Source: Terriglobia bacterium
GTDB taxonomy: Bacteria; Acidobacteriota; Terriglobia; Acidiferrales; UBA7541
DNA: 64,000 nt
Assembly (NCBI GenBank): GCA_963695545.1
Contig: OY968796.1
Coordinates: 4,032,001 to 4,096,000, forward strand
Reading direction: 5' to 3'
This document shows positions 9,980-19,946 of the stretch, piece after piece. Position 1 is the stretch's first letter, and every line of letters starts with the position of its first letter. The notes beneath the pieces were generated by a model. The model was given only the letters and a program-made list of their open reading frames with translations. It was not told where the DNA came from and made no database searches. The position numbers were made by a program, and so were the translations under genes.

Positions 9980-11191
9980 TTAGCGCCGCAAAGCGGGCGT
10001 GTGATACGGATATTCTCCGAGAGCGGAAGGATCACCAGCGGCAAGAATCTCTACCATCCAGTCATAAAAGTAATCCACCGGATGGTTCATGATGGGCCTA
10101 AACCGGCGGTCATATTCTTTATGCGCCCTTTCGATCTCTTCGTGCAAGCGATTGCAGAGGTCCTTGTTCTCGCGGCCGATGGCGACCTGCTCGGGCTGGA
10201 GCAGCTTGATATCCTGCATCGAGACCTTGGCCACGCGGCTGGCGCGGCGGTGCAGTTCACGTTCGTCGTCGGACAATAATGCGATATCGAAACTTGGAGC
10301 GTCGCTGAACGCGACCTCCTGGGGCATCTCAAGAGGCTCGGGCGCCTGCATCTCGGACATCATCGCGATGCCGCCGGCGATGGCCTCTTCTATGATCGTC
10401 GACTCTTCGACAGCGGTTGCCTCGGAGGATTCGGCAACCAACTCCGGTTCCTGTTCTTCAACTATGCCATCCTCGGCGACTTCGTTTGCAACGGCTTCGG
10501 TGGCGAGCGGCTCTTCCGGCTGTTCCGGCGCCGACCACGTTGCAATGGGCTCGAGCGCGTCCGGCTTCGCGGAGACGCCATCCGACAGCGACGGTTCGAC
10601 GATTGGATCGAGTGCGGGATCGGGCGGCGGTTCGTGCGCGAGCGATTCGGTCTCGCGTGACTCTGCTGACTGCGCCTGGTGCGTTTCGGTTTGCTGCACC
10701 TCGGGCTCGAAGGGTTCGGCTTGCACCGGCGCGTCATGCGATTCGTGCGCCTCGGACCATTCGGTCGGCTCGGGCGCGGCGGGCCAGTCGCTCTGCTCAG
10801 GCGCCTCGACCGCGGGTTCCGGGACAATCGCGGGCGCTTCAAACTGCGCGGGGGACTCGACTTCGGCCGCGGCAAGATTCACCGGCTCGGAGATAGCCCG
10901 ATCGGCCGGCTGCAACGTCGACGTCACGAAGCGGGAAAGAACTTCAAGAGTCGCCGAGAGCGATGCTGACGCGGTTTGCGCGCGTAACATCGAGGGCAGC
11001 GCGTTCGCGGGCCGGTTGCTGGCGCAGGCGGCCACGAAATCGGCCACAGCCTGGTCCAGTTCCTGGGCGGTGCGTTGCATGCGCTCAAGACTGTCTCGCA
11101 GAGTGCGCGAAACAGCCCGCTCGACGTTGGTTGGATCGGCCGGCATCATATGTGGCGCGTTCTCCCGAGATCGGAAGAGGGGCAGCATCAA
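9980..11191 (-). CDS. Hypothetical protein: helical N-domain, long acidic linker, conserved-looking C-terminal helical domain
   Basis: 403-aa ORF with E/P/A-rich middle. C-terminus ELHRRASRVAKVSMQDIKLL...DYFYDWMVEILAAGDPSALG. Start uncertain (MM near 11150 is possible). Confidence 0.8.
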   Translation of the reverse strand: MMLPLFRSRENAPHMMPADPTNVERAVSRTLRDSLERMQRTAQELDQAVADFVAACASNRPANALPSMLRAQTASASLSATLEVLSRFVTSTLQPADRAISEPVNLAAAEVESPAQFEAPAIVPEPAVEAPEQSDWPAAPEPTEWSEAHESHDAPVQAEPFEPEVQQTETHQAQSAESRETESLAHEPPPDPALDPIVEPSLSDGVSAKPDALEPIATWSAPEQPEEPLATEAVANEVAEDGIVEEQEPELVAESSEATAVEESTIIEEAIAGGIAMMSEMQAPEPLEMPQEVAFSDAPSFDIALLSDDERELHRRASRVAKVSMQDIKLLQPEQVAIGRENKDLCNRLHEEIERAHKEYDRRFRPIMNHPVDYFYDWMVEILAAGDPSALGEYPYHTPALRR

Positions 11192-11449
11192 TTATCGGAA
11201 TGGGACAAAAGTATTGTCAACAACAAGCCCGCAGCGCGTTTCCTCGAATGGCACGGTGCCTCTTTCGCGTCATTTTCGAGGCCCGCGCGGCGCAGGCTTC
11301 GGCAGCGCCGAGGTTAACGAGATGACTCAGATTCGACGCGCCTGTACGGTAAGGCACATCTTTTGGTTCGCTCGGGGCGCACAGTTATGGCTACCGCGAG
11401 TCTGCAAGCGAGAATCTCTTCGGCAGGATTCGGGGGAGAAGGATACGCC

Positions 11450-11620
11450 ATGTCATTCGGACTGTACGCGATCGGGTACGGGATCATGATCATCGGGCTG
11501 ATATACGGCGCTCACTTGCTGCATATACCGACGCATTGGATTGCCGTGCTGGCCGTGGTGTTGCTGGGCGTCGGAATTCTGTCTGGAGTCAAGGCGACGC
11601 GCCAACGGGATCCGGCGTAA
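11450..11620 (+). CDS. Small two-TM membrane protein (56 aa)
   Basis: MSFGLYAIGYGIMIIGLIYGAHLLHIPTHWIAVLAVVLLGVGILSGVKATRQRDPA, with GGAGAAGGA RBS upstream. Confidence 0.8.
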   Translation: MSFGLYAIGYGIMIIGLIYGAHLLHIPTHWIAVLAVVLLGVGILSGVKATRQRDPA

Positions 11621-11747
11621 TCGTGCAGAGGCCGGAGCCGATGCTTACGCGATTGGCCCGTAAGGCGGCTGCGCGTCGCCGCCTTGAACGCCCAAGGATT
11701 GCCGAGAACTTCGTCCCGCCAGAGTCAGGACTCCCGGAAACCTCTCG

Positions 11748-14051
11748 CTATCGCGTGTCGACCGAGCGATTCCCTTCGTAATGCATGATGTGGTAGTAGC
11801 CCTCCCAACCGTTCGCGAGGACCGGTGGCGGCAGAGTGGTCATCGGGTCATCCAGGTACTTCAGAAAACTTTGGACCATATCGCGCGTCTCATTGACGCC
11901 GGTTAGCCAATCGCCGCGGTACCAGTTTTTCCACTTGCCGTACTCGGCTGCGGCCTCGTATTGATGGATCTGGTTGAACGCGGTGAGAGCTTCTTCGGCT
12001 TCCAGATGAGCCTTGGCCGTCTGTCCGTTCTGAGCGTCCTGGACGGCATTGGCGATCAGAAACAGAATGTGGTTGCTGTTTTTATTGATCGCGATCATGG
12101 CGAGAACTGAAGCAGAATAAAAAGGCCGGCGCTCGGGCGTTACGAGAGGTTCGGCGGCGAGCGCATCCTTCCACACGGCGTCCCATCGAGGCTGGGCATC
12201 GCCGCACTTCTGAATTTCCGTCGCAATGGTCCGCTTCAGATAATCCGCCGGACTCATCGCGAAACCCGCGGGCGCCCCCGGAGGAGGGCCATATCCCGGG
12301 CCCGTCATGCCCATGATGCGCGAGGGCGTCCACTTCGGCGACTGGCCCGGGATGGAGTAATACGGCGGGCTGATCATGTAGTCCATCATCATTTGGCGCG
12401 CTTCGCCGTGGTAAAGCTCGTCGCCGTACATATGCATCGGATCGTTCGCGGCGATTGCGGGAGCCTTGAAATATTCTTCGTAGACCTTGGCGACAGCGGA
12501 CGCGGATTTTGCTCCGAATTCCTTCGCGGCCCAATCCTTGTAATATTGGTCCGTTGCGTCGACGCCCTGGCCCGCTGACGGAACGCCTCCCCAGGCGACG
12601 TCCATCACAGCTTTGGTGGTCATGATGTAGGGGCGGATGCTGCTGGTGTTGAGGAGCATGTACTGCGTGGCGCCGGCTTTGATGTAGCGACCCAACTCCG
12701 AATAGATCCGATCGACAGGAACCATCTCCGAAAGCTGATTTGCCCTGCCGTTCAACATGGCCACGTGGTAGTAGACGCCCTGACCGGCGGACACCAGGCC
12801 CTTGTCCTGGGGATCGCCGTAGCCATTATCGGCCCACACCGGGATGGCGTCGGGCGGGACAGTGAGGTAACCCTCCTGTACAAGCCGGGCGCCCTCCTGC
12901 CAAAAATCGGTGACAAATTTCGCGTCGGGATGCACGGCGCGAACGATGTTCATCTGCTCTCCTATGGCTCTGCTGATGAGAGCGCCAAGCGCTTTGTCAT
13001 TCCCGGCAACGCTGGGGTCCATCGAAGCGTACGAAGTGTCGGATAGGCCGCGCAATCCAACGGCCCACAAAATCTCCTGGTGCGGATCGTAGGAATTCAC
13101 GGCGTCTTTCCAGGCGCGTTCGATGATTTCCGGATGCGTGGTGAAGTTATAGGGCTGATCGGCGGGCCAGCGCGCAACGTTCACGCCAAGTGGAATCGCG
13201 TGGTGCTGCGTGAGGATCAAGCCGCGCGTGGCAACGAGCTTAACCTGCGGATCGTCTGGAAAAATCCATGTTCCCGGCACGACCATATTTCCCTTGAGCC
13301 TAAGAATCGTTTCGTAGACTTTGTCCATAACAGCCAGCGAGATCCCGGACCCGTCCGTTTTTTCTCCGGGGGCCCATCCTGTTAGAAGATCCTCGTCGTT
13401 AAGGAAAAATCCGCGATATTTGAATAGCGGCGCGGGAAAGCTGTGCGCGAGAGAGGCAGGGACGGCAACGCTGGCGCGCCGCGCAGGCACTTGATCGGTC
13501 CAGTAGTACATCGGATCGATGCCGAGATATTCCTGGGAAAATTCGTAGATGGCGTAGATCGTGCCGCGCATGTCCGCGCCGGTGAGCAGCACCACTTTCG
13601 CCGGAAGCTTCCCTGTCCACTTCGCGTCGAGCACGGAAATGGAGAACGATTCGGGATCGGTCACACCCGCCGGACGCATGGCTTCGGGAATTTCCGATTG
13701 TTCGCCAATCATGATGGTGATCGGTCCGGCGTCGTTTTCGGAAGTGACCACGCGCGGCTTTGCGCCGAGAACTTTCTCGAAATCGTTGCGGAGATCCTCG
13801 GTGGCCTTTTGAATCGGCCCCGGCGTGTCCGCGGCTTCGAGGATTGTGACTTTGGAATCGACCACGACGACCGCGGCCTTCGACATCGCCATCGGCTTCA
13901 TCGTCGGCTTCCTGGCGGGCTTCGACTGCGCCATGGCCTGCGGAGATGCAGAAGCGGCGATTGCGCATCCGGCGACGAAGAACGCGGAAGCCAATACTTT
14001 CACCAGTACTCTGGAAGCGAACTTGCGTTGGCGCAACATTTCATCTCTCAT
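11748..14051 (-). CDS. Secreted GH115-like glycoside hydrolase (alpha-glucuronidase family, divergent)
   Basis: Signal peptide; GADMRGTIYAIYEFS, GIDPMYYW, FKYRGFFLNDE, ETILRLKGN and WADNGYG. GAGG RBS before ATG 14051. Confidence 0.8.
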   Translation of the reverse strand: MRDEMLRQRKFASRVLVKVLASAFFVAGCAIAASASPQAMAQSKPARKPTMKPMAMSKAAVVVVDSKVTILEAADTPGPIQKATEDLRNDFEKVLGAKPRVVTSENDAGPITIMIGEQSEIPEAMRPAGVTDPESFSISVLDAKWTGKLPAKVVLLTGADMRGTIYAIYEFSQEYLGIDPMYYWTDQVPARRASVAVPASLAHSFPAPLFKYRGFFLNDEDLLTGWAPGEKTDGSGISLAVMDKVYETILRLKGNMVVPGTWIFPDDPQVKLVATRGLILTQHHAIPLGVNVARWPADQPYNFTTHPEIIERAWKDAVNSYDPHQEILWAVGLRGLSDTSYASMDPSVAGNDKALGALISRAIGEQMNIVRAVHPDAKFVTDFWQEGARLVQEGYLTVPPDAIPVWADNGYGDPQDKGLVSAGQGVYYHVAMLNGRANQLSEMVPVDRIYSELGRYIKAGATQYMLLNTSSIRPYIMTTKAVMDVAWGGVPSAGQGVDATDQYYKDWAAKEFGAKSASAVAKVYEEYFKAPAIAANDPMHMYGDELYHGEARQMMMDYMISPPYYSIPGQSPKWTPSRIMGMTGPGYGPPPGAPAGFAMSPADYLKRTIATEIQKCGDAQPRWDAVWKDALAAEPLVTPERRPFYSASVLAMIAINKNSNHILFLIANAVQDAQNGQTAKAHLEAEEALTAFNQIHQYEAAAEYGKWKNWYRGDWLTGVNETRDMVQSFLKYLDDPMTTLPPPVLANGWEGYYHIMHYEGNRSVDTR

Positions 14052-14351
14052 CGTTGTCCTCGCCTTTTCTGCAGGCCACTCGGATGTCGAGCCCGTGCTC
14101 ACGTAGTGAAGATCGAACGAACGCACCGTGGAAATTCCGGCGAGAGCTTGGGGAAGCGCGCTCCGGATATTGTATTGACCCCGAACTAAATCTGCCCGCT
14201 ACAACGCGGTGCCGGCGGCGCAGATGGTAGCAAGTGGTTCTAACACAGACAAGGACGCGCGGACGCGACGCCACGTTTCAGCAAAAGGCGACGGCATGGT
14301 TACGGGCATGTGGGACCGATTGCGCACGCGACATGTATAATCCAGTCCTCC

Positions 14352-17033
14352 ATGGGACTGACCTCCGGCACACGCCTTGGCACATACGAAATCGTCGCAC
14401 CCGTTGGCGCAGGCGGGATGGGCGAAGTGTATCAGGCGCACGACACCAAGCTGGGGCGCGACGTCGCGATCAAGATTCTGCCGGAAGGGTTCGCGCGCGA
14501 TCCCGCGCGGCTCTCGCGATTTCAACGCGAAGCGAAGATGCTGGCCTCGCTGAATCATCCGAACATCGCCACGATCTTCGGCCTGGAAGACGCGAACGGC
14601 GTGAATTACCTGGTGATGGAATTGGTTCCCGGCGAGACGCTGGCAGATCGCATTGGGCGGGACGGCGCAATCCCGGTGGTGGAAGCTCTGAACATTGCGA
14701 AGCAAATCGCCGAGGCTTTGGAGGCCGCACACGAAAAAGGAATCATTCACCGCGATCTGAAGCCTGCCAACGTAAAACTGACGCCGGACGGAAAAGTGAA
14801 GGTGCTGGATTTCGGATTGGCGAAGGCCTACGCGGAAGACTCCGGTTCGTCCGATCCATCGACCTCTCCGACGCTCACGGCGGCCGCGACAATGCAGGGA
14901 ATGATCCTGGGCACGGCGGCTTACATGTCGCCTGAGCAGGCTCGCGGCAAAGCGGTCGATCGGCGCGCGGATATCTGGGCGTTCGGCTGCGTGCTGTACG
15001 AATTGCTGACGGGCGAGCAGCTATTCGCAGGTGAGAGCGTGACGGACACGCTGGCGCAGGTGATCACCAAGGAGCCGGATTGGGAAAAAGTTCCGGCGCG
15101 CACGCGAGGGCTGCTGCGCTGGTGCCTTGAGAAAGACCCGAAGAAACGGTTGCGGGATGTGGAAGACGGGATGATTTCGCTGGAAGCGGCGCCGGACGTG
15201 AAGGTGGAGCAGCCGAGTGCAACGTCCGCGCCGAAATGGCTGTGGGCGATTGCGATCGCGGCGTGTCTGGCTGTTGCGGCGCTGGCCGTGATGCAATTAC
15301 GAGAAAAACCTCCCTCCGCTCCCGAAGTCGTGCGATACCGAATTCGGCTTCCTGAAAATGTTTGGTTTACCCAAACCGCATCCTTTGCTCTTTCGCCCGA
15401 TGGGCGGCACATCGCCTTTTCGGCGATCGGTCCGGACGGCTTGGCCGAGGTCTGGATGCAAGATCTGGACGGAAGCGAAGCTCGCGAGCTACCGGACGCA
15501 CACACGGGCCCCACGACGCCGCCGTTTTCCTGGTCGACGGATAGCCGCTACGTCGCTTTTTCTGCCGCCGGCGCGATGTTCCGAAAGGCGGATTTGCAGT
15601 CGGGGACGTCGCAGGACATTTGCGAGAAGCCAGGGCCCCCGGTCGGGAGTTCGTGGAACAGCGACGGAACGATCATCTTTGGAAGTACATCTACGGGCCT
15701 CTGGCGCGTGGATTCGGCCGGCGGGAAGCCTGTTGCGCTGACCGATCTCGATACTTCGCGGCAGGAGCGCGAGCACGAGCTGCCGAATTTTCTTCCGGAC
15801 GGGAGGCACTTCCTCTACCTGCGCATTTCCAAAATTCCGGAAGACACGGGAATTTATATCGGCTCGCTCGATGATCCGCCGGATAAGCAGAGCGAAAAGC
15901 TACTTTTGCCGACTGGATTTGGAGCGTACTACGTGCCTTCGCCCGATAGCAGCGTGGGACATCTGCTATATCTGCGCGGCGGGACTTTGATGGCCCAAAG
16001 CTTTGACCCGGCAAAGCTGGCGCTCACGGGTGATCCAGCTCCGATCGCCGATCAGATTGGCTCAGGTTACGAAACGGGATTCTTTTCCGCCTCGGCGACG
16101 ACCGTGGTCTACCGAACGCTGAGCTCGAACCCCTACGCACAGCTTACTTGGTTTGACAGCCAGGGAAAGGCCAGCGGAACCCTGGGGGATCCCGCCTATG
16201 TGGGCGATCCGAGCATTTCGCCGGACGGCATCGAGATCGCGTATCGCAGAGATTCCCAGGATCACTCGGACAAGGACATCTGGTTGCTCGATATCGCGCG
16301 GGGCACGAGCACGCGCTTCACGTTCGGCGGCAGTTGGAACGACGTCCCTATCTGGTCTCCCGATGGCAAGGAAATCGTGCTCGCGTCGAATCGGGATGGC
16401 GTTTTCGATCTATACGAAAAGCCGGCCGATGGGGCTACGGACGAACAGATACTGCTGCGGACGAACCGGAACAAGATACCGCTGAGCTGGTCTCACGATG
16501 GCCGATACCTGCTCTACGCCGTGACCCAGAATTTTACCGGAGGCCGCGACGATCTCTGGGTGCTTCCCATGCAAGGGGACCGCACGCCTTTTCCATTCTC
16601 GCGCACCCAGTTTGATCAAACCGACGCACAGTTCTCGCCCGATGGACGGTGGGTGGCCTACTCGTCAAACGAATCGGGCCTGCACGAAATATACGTGCGG
16701 GAATTCACCGTGCCACCCGCGCCGACCGAGACGGGCGAGAAATGGCTAGTTTCCAATGGTGGCGGACTATTCCCGAGGTGGCGCGCGGACGGAAAGGAAA
16801 TTGTCTACTTCGCTAACGGCTATGGCAAGGAAATTTCTGTGAGCGTGGATGCCGGGCCGGGCCACTCATTTCATGCCGGAGTTCCTAAAGAGCTTTTCAA
16901 GGTTCCCCCGGGGATAGCGGGAGCCGATGCCTCCCGTGACCTTAAGAAGTTCCTGTTGGCTGTCCCGGAGAACAAGACGGGGCCGCAGACATTTACCGTA
17001 GTGGTGAATTGGGCGTCGACGCTGCAGAAATGA
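14352..17033 (+). CDS. Hanks-type Ser/Thr protein kinase with TM helix and PD40/TolB-like beta-propeller
   Basis: GAGGMGEVY, VAIK, HRDLKPAN, DFG and YMSPEQ, followed by repeated SPDG/WSPDG motifs. Confidence 0.95.
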   Translation: MGLTSGTRLGTYEIVAPVGAGGMGEVYQAHDTKLGRDVAIKILPEGFARDPARLSRFQREAKMLASLNHPNIATIFGLEDANGVNYLVMELVPGETLADRIGRDGAIPVVEALNIAKQIAEALEAAHEKGIIHRDLKPANVKLTPDGKVKVLDFGLAKAYAEDSGSSDPSTSPTLTAAATMQGMILGTAAYMSPEQARGKAVDRRADIWAFGCVLYELLTGEQLFAGESVTDTLAQVITKEPDWEKVPARTRGLLRWCLEKDPKKRLRDVEDGMISLEAAPDVKVEQPSATSAPKWLWAIAIAACLAVAALAVMQLREKPPSAPEVVRYRIRLPENVWFTQTASFALSPDGRHIAFSAIGPDGLAEVWMQDLDGSEARELPDAHTGPTTPPFSWSTDSRYVAFSAAGAMFRKADLQSGTSQDICEKPGPPVGSSWNSDGTIIFGSTSTGLWRVDSAGGKPVALTDLDTSRQEREHELPNFLPDGRHFLYLRISKIPEDTGIYIGSLDDPPDKQSEKLLLPTGFGAYYVPSPDSSVGHLLYLRGGTLMAQSFDPAKLALTGDPAPIADQIGSGYETGFFSASATTVVYRTLSSNPYAQLTWFDSQGKASGTLGDPAYVGDPSISPDGIEIAYRRDSQDHSDKDIWLLDIARGTSTRFTFGGSWNDVPIWSPDGKEIVLASNRDGVFDLYEKPADGATDEQILLRTNRNKIPLSWSHDGRYLLYAVTQNFTGGRDDLWVLPMQGDRTPFPFSRTQFDQTDAQFSPDGRWVAYSSNESGLHEIYVREFTVPPAPTETGEKWLVSNGGGLFPRWRADGKEIVYFANGYGKEISVSVDAGPGHSFHAGVPKELFKVPPGIAGADASRDLKKFLLAVPENKTGPQTFTVVVNWASTLQK

Positions 17034-17177
17034 CGTTCGCCCAATTTTGCGGGAGTTCACAAGAGATGGCGGCGGGGCTCTCGCGCGCCGACCTTCGCCG
17101 GATTGGTAATGGGCCCTCGAATTCGTGAGTTCCGCAACCGTGGTCCGATCGACTAGGAAGGCTCGACGTTCAAATCA

Positions 17178-19937
17178 TTATCGGGATGGATGCGGCGCGG
17201 CGGGAGCGTTATCCGAAGAGGGTTTGGCAAACTTAATGTCGTCAATCGGAATGTTCTGCTGCACATCGTCGATCTGAATGATCGAAGTGCTTCCAGGTTG
17301 GGCAATTGTCACGCGAAACGGCACTTGCACGCCGTCGACGTCGCGATAATCGGCGTAGTCGATTTGCGTGGGATCGAGCCCCAGCGGCGACTCGACGTAG
17401 CGCAATACGCGCAGAAGCAGATTTGACTGCTCATCGAAGTATAGCTTGACCGCGGGTTGGCCTTGCGTGACGCAGGAGAGCACGTAGGCTTCGCGGTCGC
17501 CGATCTTTTCCGGGTACTCGACGCGCACTTCCGGGAATATCTGCTGGACGCGGAGGGGAAACTGCAGGTCCGAGTCCATCCGAGCCGCCACTATTTCCGC
17601 GTCTTCCATCGCGCGTGTTGGCCGCCCGGGATAGACAAGCCATCCCTCCTGCCCGTCGAAAATTGCAAGGCTATCGCCGTCCGGAAGGTGCCGGATTAAA
17701 GCCTGTTTGTCCGGCGCTTGTGTGAAGATTTCGAGGCCAACGGATTGGCCTCGAATCGCGGCGGTTCCTTTTTCCACGCGGCTTGTGATTTTCTCAATCG
17801 CGGCCGCTCCGCCGAGCGCATTGACGTAATTTTCAAGCAATTGGGAAACGGTGGGTAAGTTGGTTGGGAGTTCCGGCGCCTCGGAAGCCGGAGCGACTCT
17901 GTTCGCCTGCACCACGTTCGCAACATCCGCAGTGCCCACGGGACTGGCTGCTCCACGATGACAGGAGTAGCAGGTCACCTCTTTACGGCCCGCGAAATTA
18001 TTCTGGTTGATCGCAAACATCATTTGCATCATCGCGCGCGCGGTTTGTTTGGGCTTCTTGTCGTCTCGCTCAAAATGGTCCTGAACATGGCAGTAACTGC
18101 ATTCCACACCGAGCGACGAGGAGATGAATTCCATGGCCGGAAGCAGTTGGCCGGACGGAATACCTTTGAGCACTTGAATGTTCTTGTAGACTTCTTCGGC
18201 GTTTTTCTGTGGCGCGCTCGAGGCGGTGTTCGGAGCGGTCTCGTCCTCGTCGGAGGTTTGGGTCATCGCCGCTTTGATCTTGGTCGAGAGCGCTTCGTTC
18301 TCCGCGGTCTTGCCCTGTTTTTCGTACAAGCCGATCAGCGTGCTGGCGGCCGGAAGATACAGCGGGTCGAGCGTGACGGCGCGTTCGAGAAACGGGATCG
18401 CATCTTCGTTGTCGCCTTCCTGCATGTAAGGCGCCGCAGCAGCCGCTTCCGCCAGCGCTGAATTGGGATCGAGCTGCAAGGCGCGCTCGAACGCGATCTT
18501 GGCATCCGATGTTTGCTTTCCGAACAGCAATGCATTGCCGATCCAATTGAAAAAGTCGCTGTCATCCGTGAATTGCTGCTGAACCGCCGCGAGATTCTGG
18601 TAGCCCTCGATAATGAGGGGCGACGAGCGCCGCTGCATGCCGACGTCGATATCGGCGATTCCGAGGTTGCGGCGCTGCAAATCGGGTGCGGGTTCGCGCC
18701 ACGCGACTATGCCAGTGCCGGGCGGAAGATCCGGTTGCTCCGTCGGGCGCCGCTGGATCCTGTGGTCGGTGAACACGGTGTGGCCGCCGTCCTGTGCGTT
18801 GCGGCGGGGCATGTGACAACCGAGGCAATCACTATCTTTCGCGGGATGAGGAGAAACCGGAAAACTCGCCGTGTGGCACGTGAGGCATTTAGCGCGGTAA
18901 TACTGCAGCGGCTGAACCGGCTCGTCGTGCGGATCGTGGCAGGTTCCGCACCACAGGCGGCCGCCGCTGTTGCGCGCGCACGCGCTCAGCGCAAGTTGCT
19001 CGGCATGACTAATCACTTTGAAAGCGCCGGCCGCCGCGCCTGGCGGCAAAGCGTTGTGATAGATGGTGAATGTGTCTTCCAAGCGCTGGCCCGGGACGAA
19101 ATCGCTGAGCTGTTTTCCGGGATTGGCGACGCGTGAGACTCCAAACAAGTGGCACTGCTCGCAGACGCTGTCGCGAGCGGCGGGCTCGAGCTTCGCGGGA
19201 TTGACGATCGTGCCCGCGCGAGGATCGGCGAGATGTTTTTCAGCGGGGCCGTGACATCGTTCGCAGGTGATCCCTTCCGCGTCCGCGGGGAAAATTGGGA
19301 GCCGGTACTGATTCAGTGTGCCCGGCACATGCAACGCGGTTCCTGAATGGCAGAGAACACATTCTTCGCTGACGGGGCGCGTGAAATCCGGATCTGGCAA
19401 ATTTTCATAACCCGGAGCGAGACCATAGGATTTGCGCCTGGTGTAGTACGCGACCGGAGATTGAAATAAATGTCCGCCGATATCGACCAGATAGCCGCTC
19501 GCGTGCGCGCCTGAACCGATTACATAGTCGACGCGATAGTCGCTGCGGTCGCCCCCGTTCTCCCAATGTTGCCAATACCCTGTCGGTGATGAATGCATGG
19601 TGATCGTCGAGCCCTGGGCGCTGACCGTGCCGTCCGGCTCCTGGCCGGCGCGTCGCAAGGAATGCGCCATCGCAGTGCGCGCGTAGCCTTCGACCTCTGC
19701 GGGATGGCAGTAAAAGCATCGACTGGCCTCGATGGCTTCGCTCGGCGGAGTTTTCGCAAGCGGCTGCGCGTCATCCTTCGGCGCTGCGTTGCCGGCAGAT
19801 TGGCCACGTCCGAAAATAGCGCAGCCGAGTAACATCAGAATGATTGAAAGGCAAAAAGAAAAGATTTGTGCCGGGCGCGTCGGATGAGATCGCCGGATCA
19901 TGTGGCGAAGCTTATTGGGAGGAGAAGACGAAGGCAA
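17178..19937 (-). CDS. Exported multiheme c-type cytochrome fusion (7 CxxCH + TPR + PufC-like diheme + LolA-like C-terminus)
   Basis: Nine CxxCH motifs: CFYCH, CVLCH, CERCH, CEQCH, CGTCH, CLTCH, CLGCH, CSYCH, CYSCH. TPR segment; YKNIQVLKG...LGVECSYCH. Start may be ATG 19901. Confidence 0.88.
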   Translation of the reverse strand: MPSSSPPNKLRHMIRRSHPTRPAQIFSFCLSIILMLLGCAIFGRGQSAGNAAPKDDAQPLAKTPPSEAIEASRCFYCHPAEVEGYARTAMAHSLRRAGQEPDGTVSAQGSTITMHSSPTGYWQHWENGGDRSDYRVDYVIGSGAHASGYLVDIGGHLFQSPVAYYTRRKSYGLAPGYENLPDPDFTRPVSEECVLCHSGTALHVPGTLNQYRLPIFPADAEGITCERCHGPAEKHLADPRAGTIVNPAKLEPAARDSVCEQCHLFGVSRVANPGKQLSDFVPGQRLEDTFTIYHNALPPGAAAGAFKVISHAEQLALSACARNSGGRLWCGTCHDPHDEPVQPLQYYRAKCLTCHTASFPVSPHPAKDSDCLGCHMPRRNAQDGGHTVFTDHRIQRRPTEQPDLPPGTGIVAWREPAPDLQRRNLGIADIDVGMQRRSSPLIIEGYQNLAAVQQQFTDDSDFFNWIGNALLFGKQTSDAKIAFERALQLDPNSALAEAAAAAPYMQEGDNEDAIPFLERAVTLDPLYLPAASTLIGLYEKQGKTAENEALSTKIKAAMTQTSDEDETAPNTASSAPQKNAEEVYKNIQVLKGIPSGQLLPAMEFISSSLGVECSYCHVQDHFERDDKKPKQTARAMMQMMFAINQNNFAGRKEVTCYSCHRGAASPVGTADVANVVQANRVAPASEAPELPTNLPTVSQLLENYVNALGGAAAIEKITSRVEKGTAAIRGQSVGLEIFTQAPDKQALIRHLPDGDSLAIFDGQEGWLVYPGRPTRAMEDAEIVAARMDSDLQFPLRVQQIFPEVRVEYPEKIGDREAYVLSCVTQGQPAVKLYFDEQSNLLLRVLRYVESPLGLDPTQIDYADYRDVDGVQVPFRVTIAQPGSTSIIQIDDVQQNIPIDDIKFAKPSSDNAPAAPHPSR

Positions 19938-19946
19938 GAAAGGGAT

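Noticed and set aside
10089..11489. 466-aa Ser/Ala-rich plus-strand ORF
   Set aside because: Antisense to the acidic protein gene; its composition mirrors the Glu/Pro codons on the other strand.
17900..18200. Evidence of phototrophy from the PufC-like domain
   Set aside because: No puf, psc or bch genes in the window; the domain is only a diheme module within a larger fusion.
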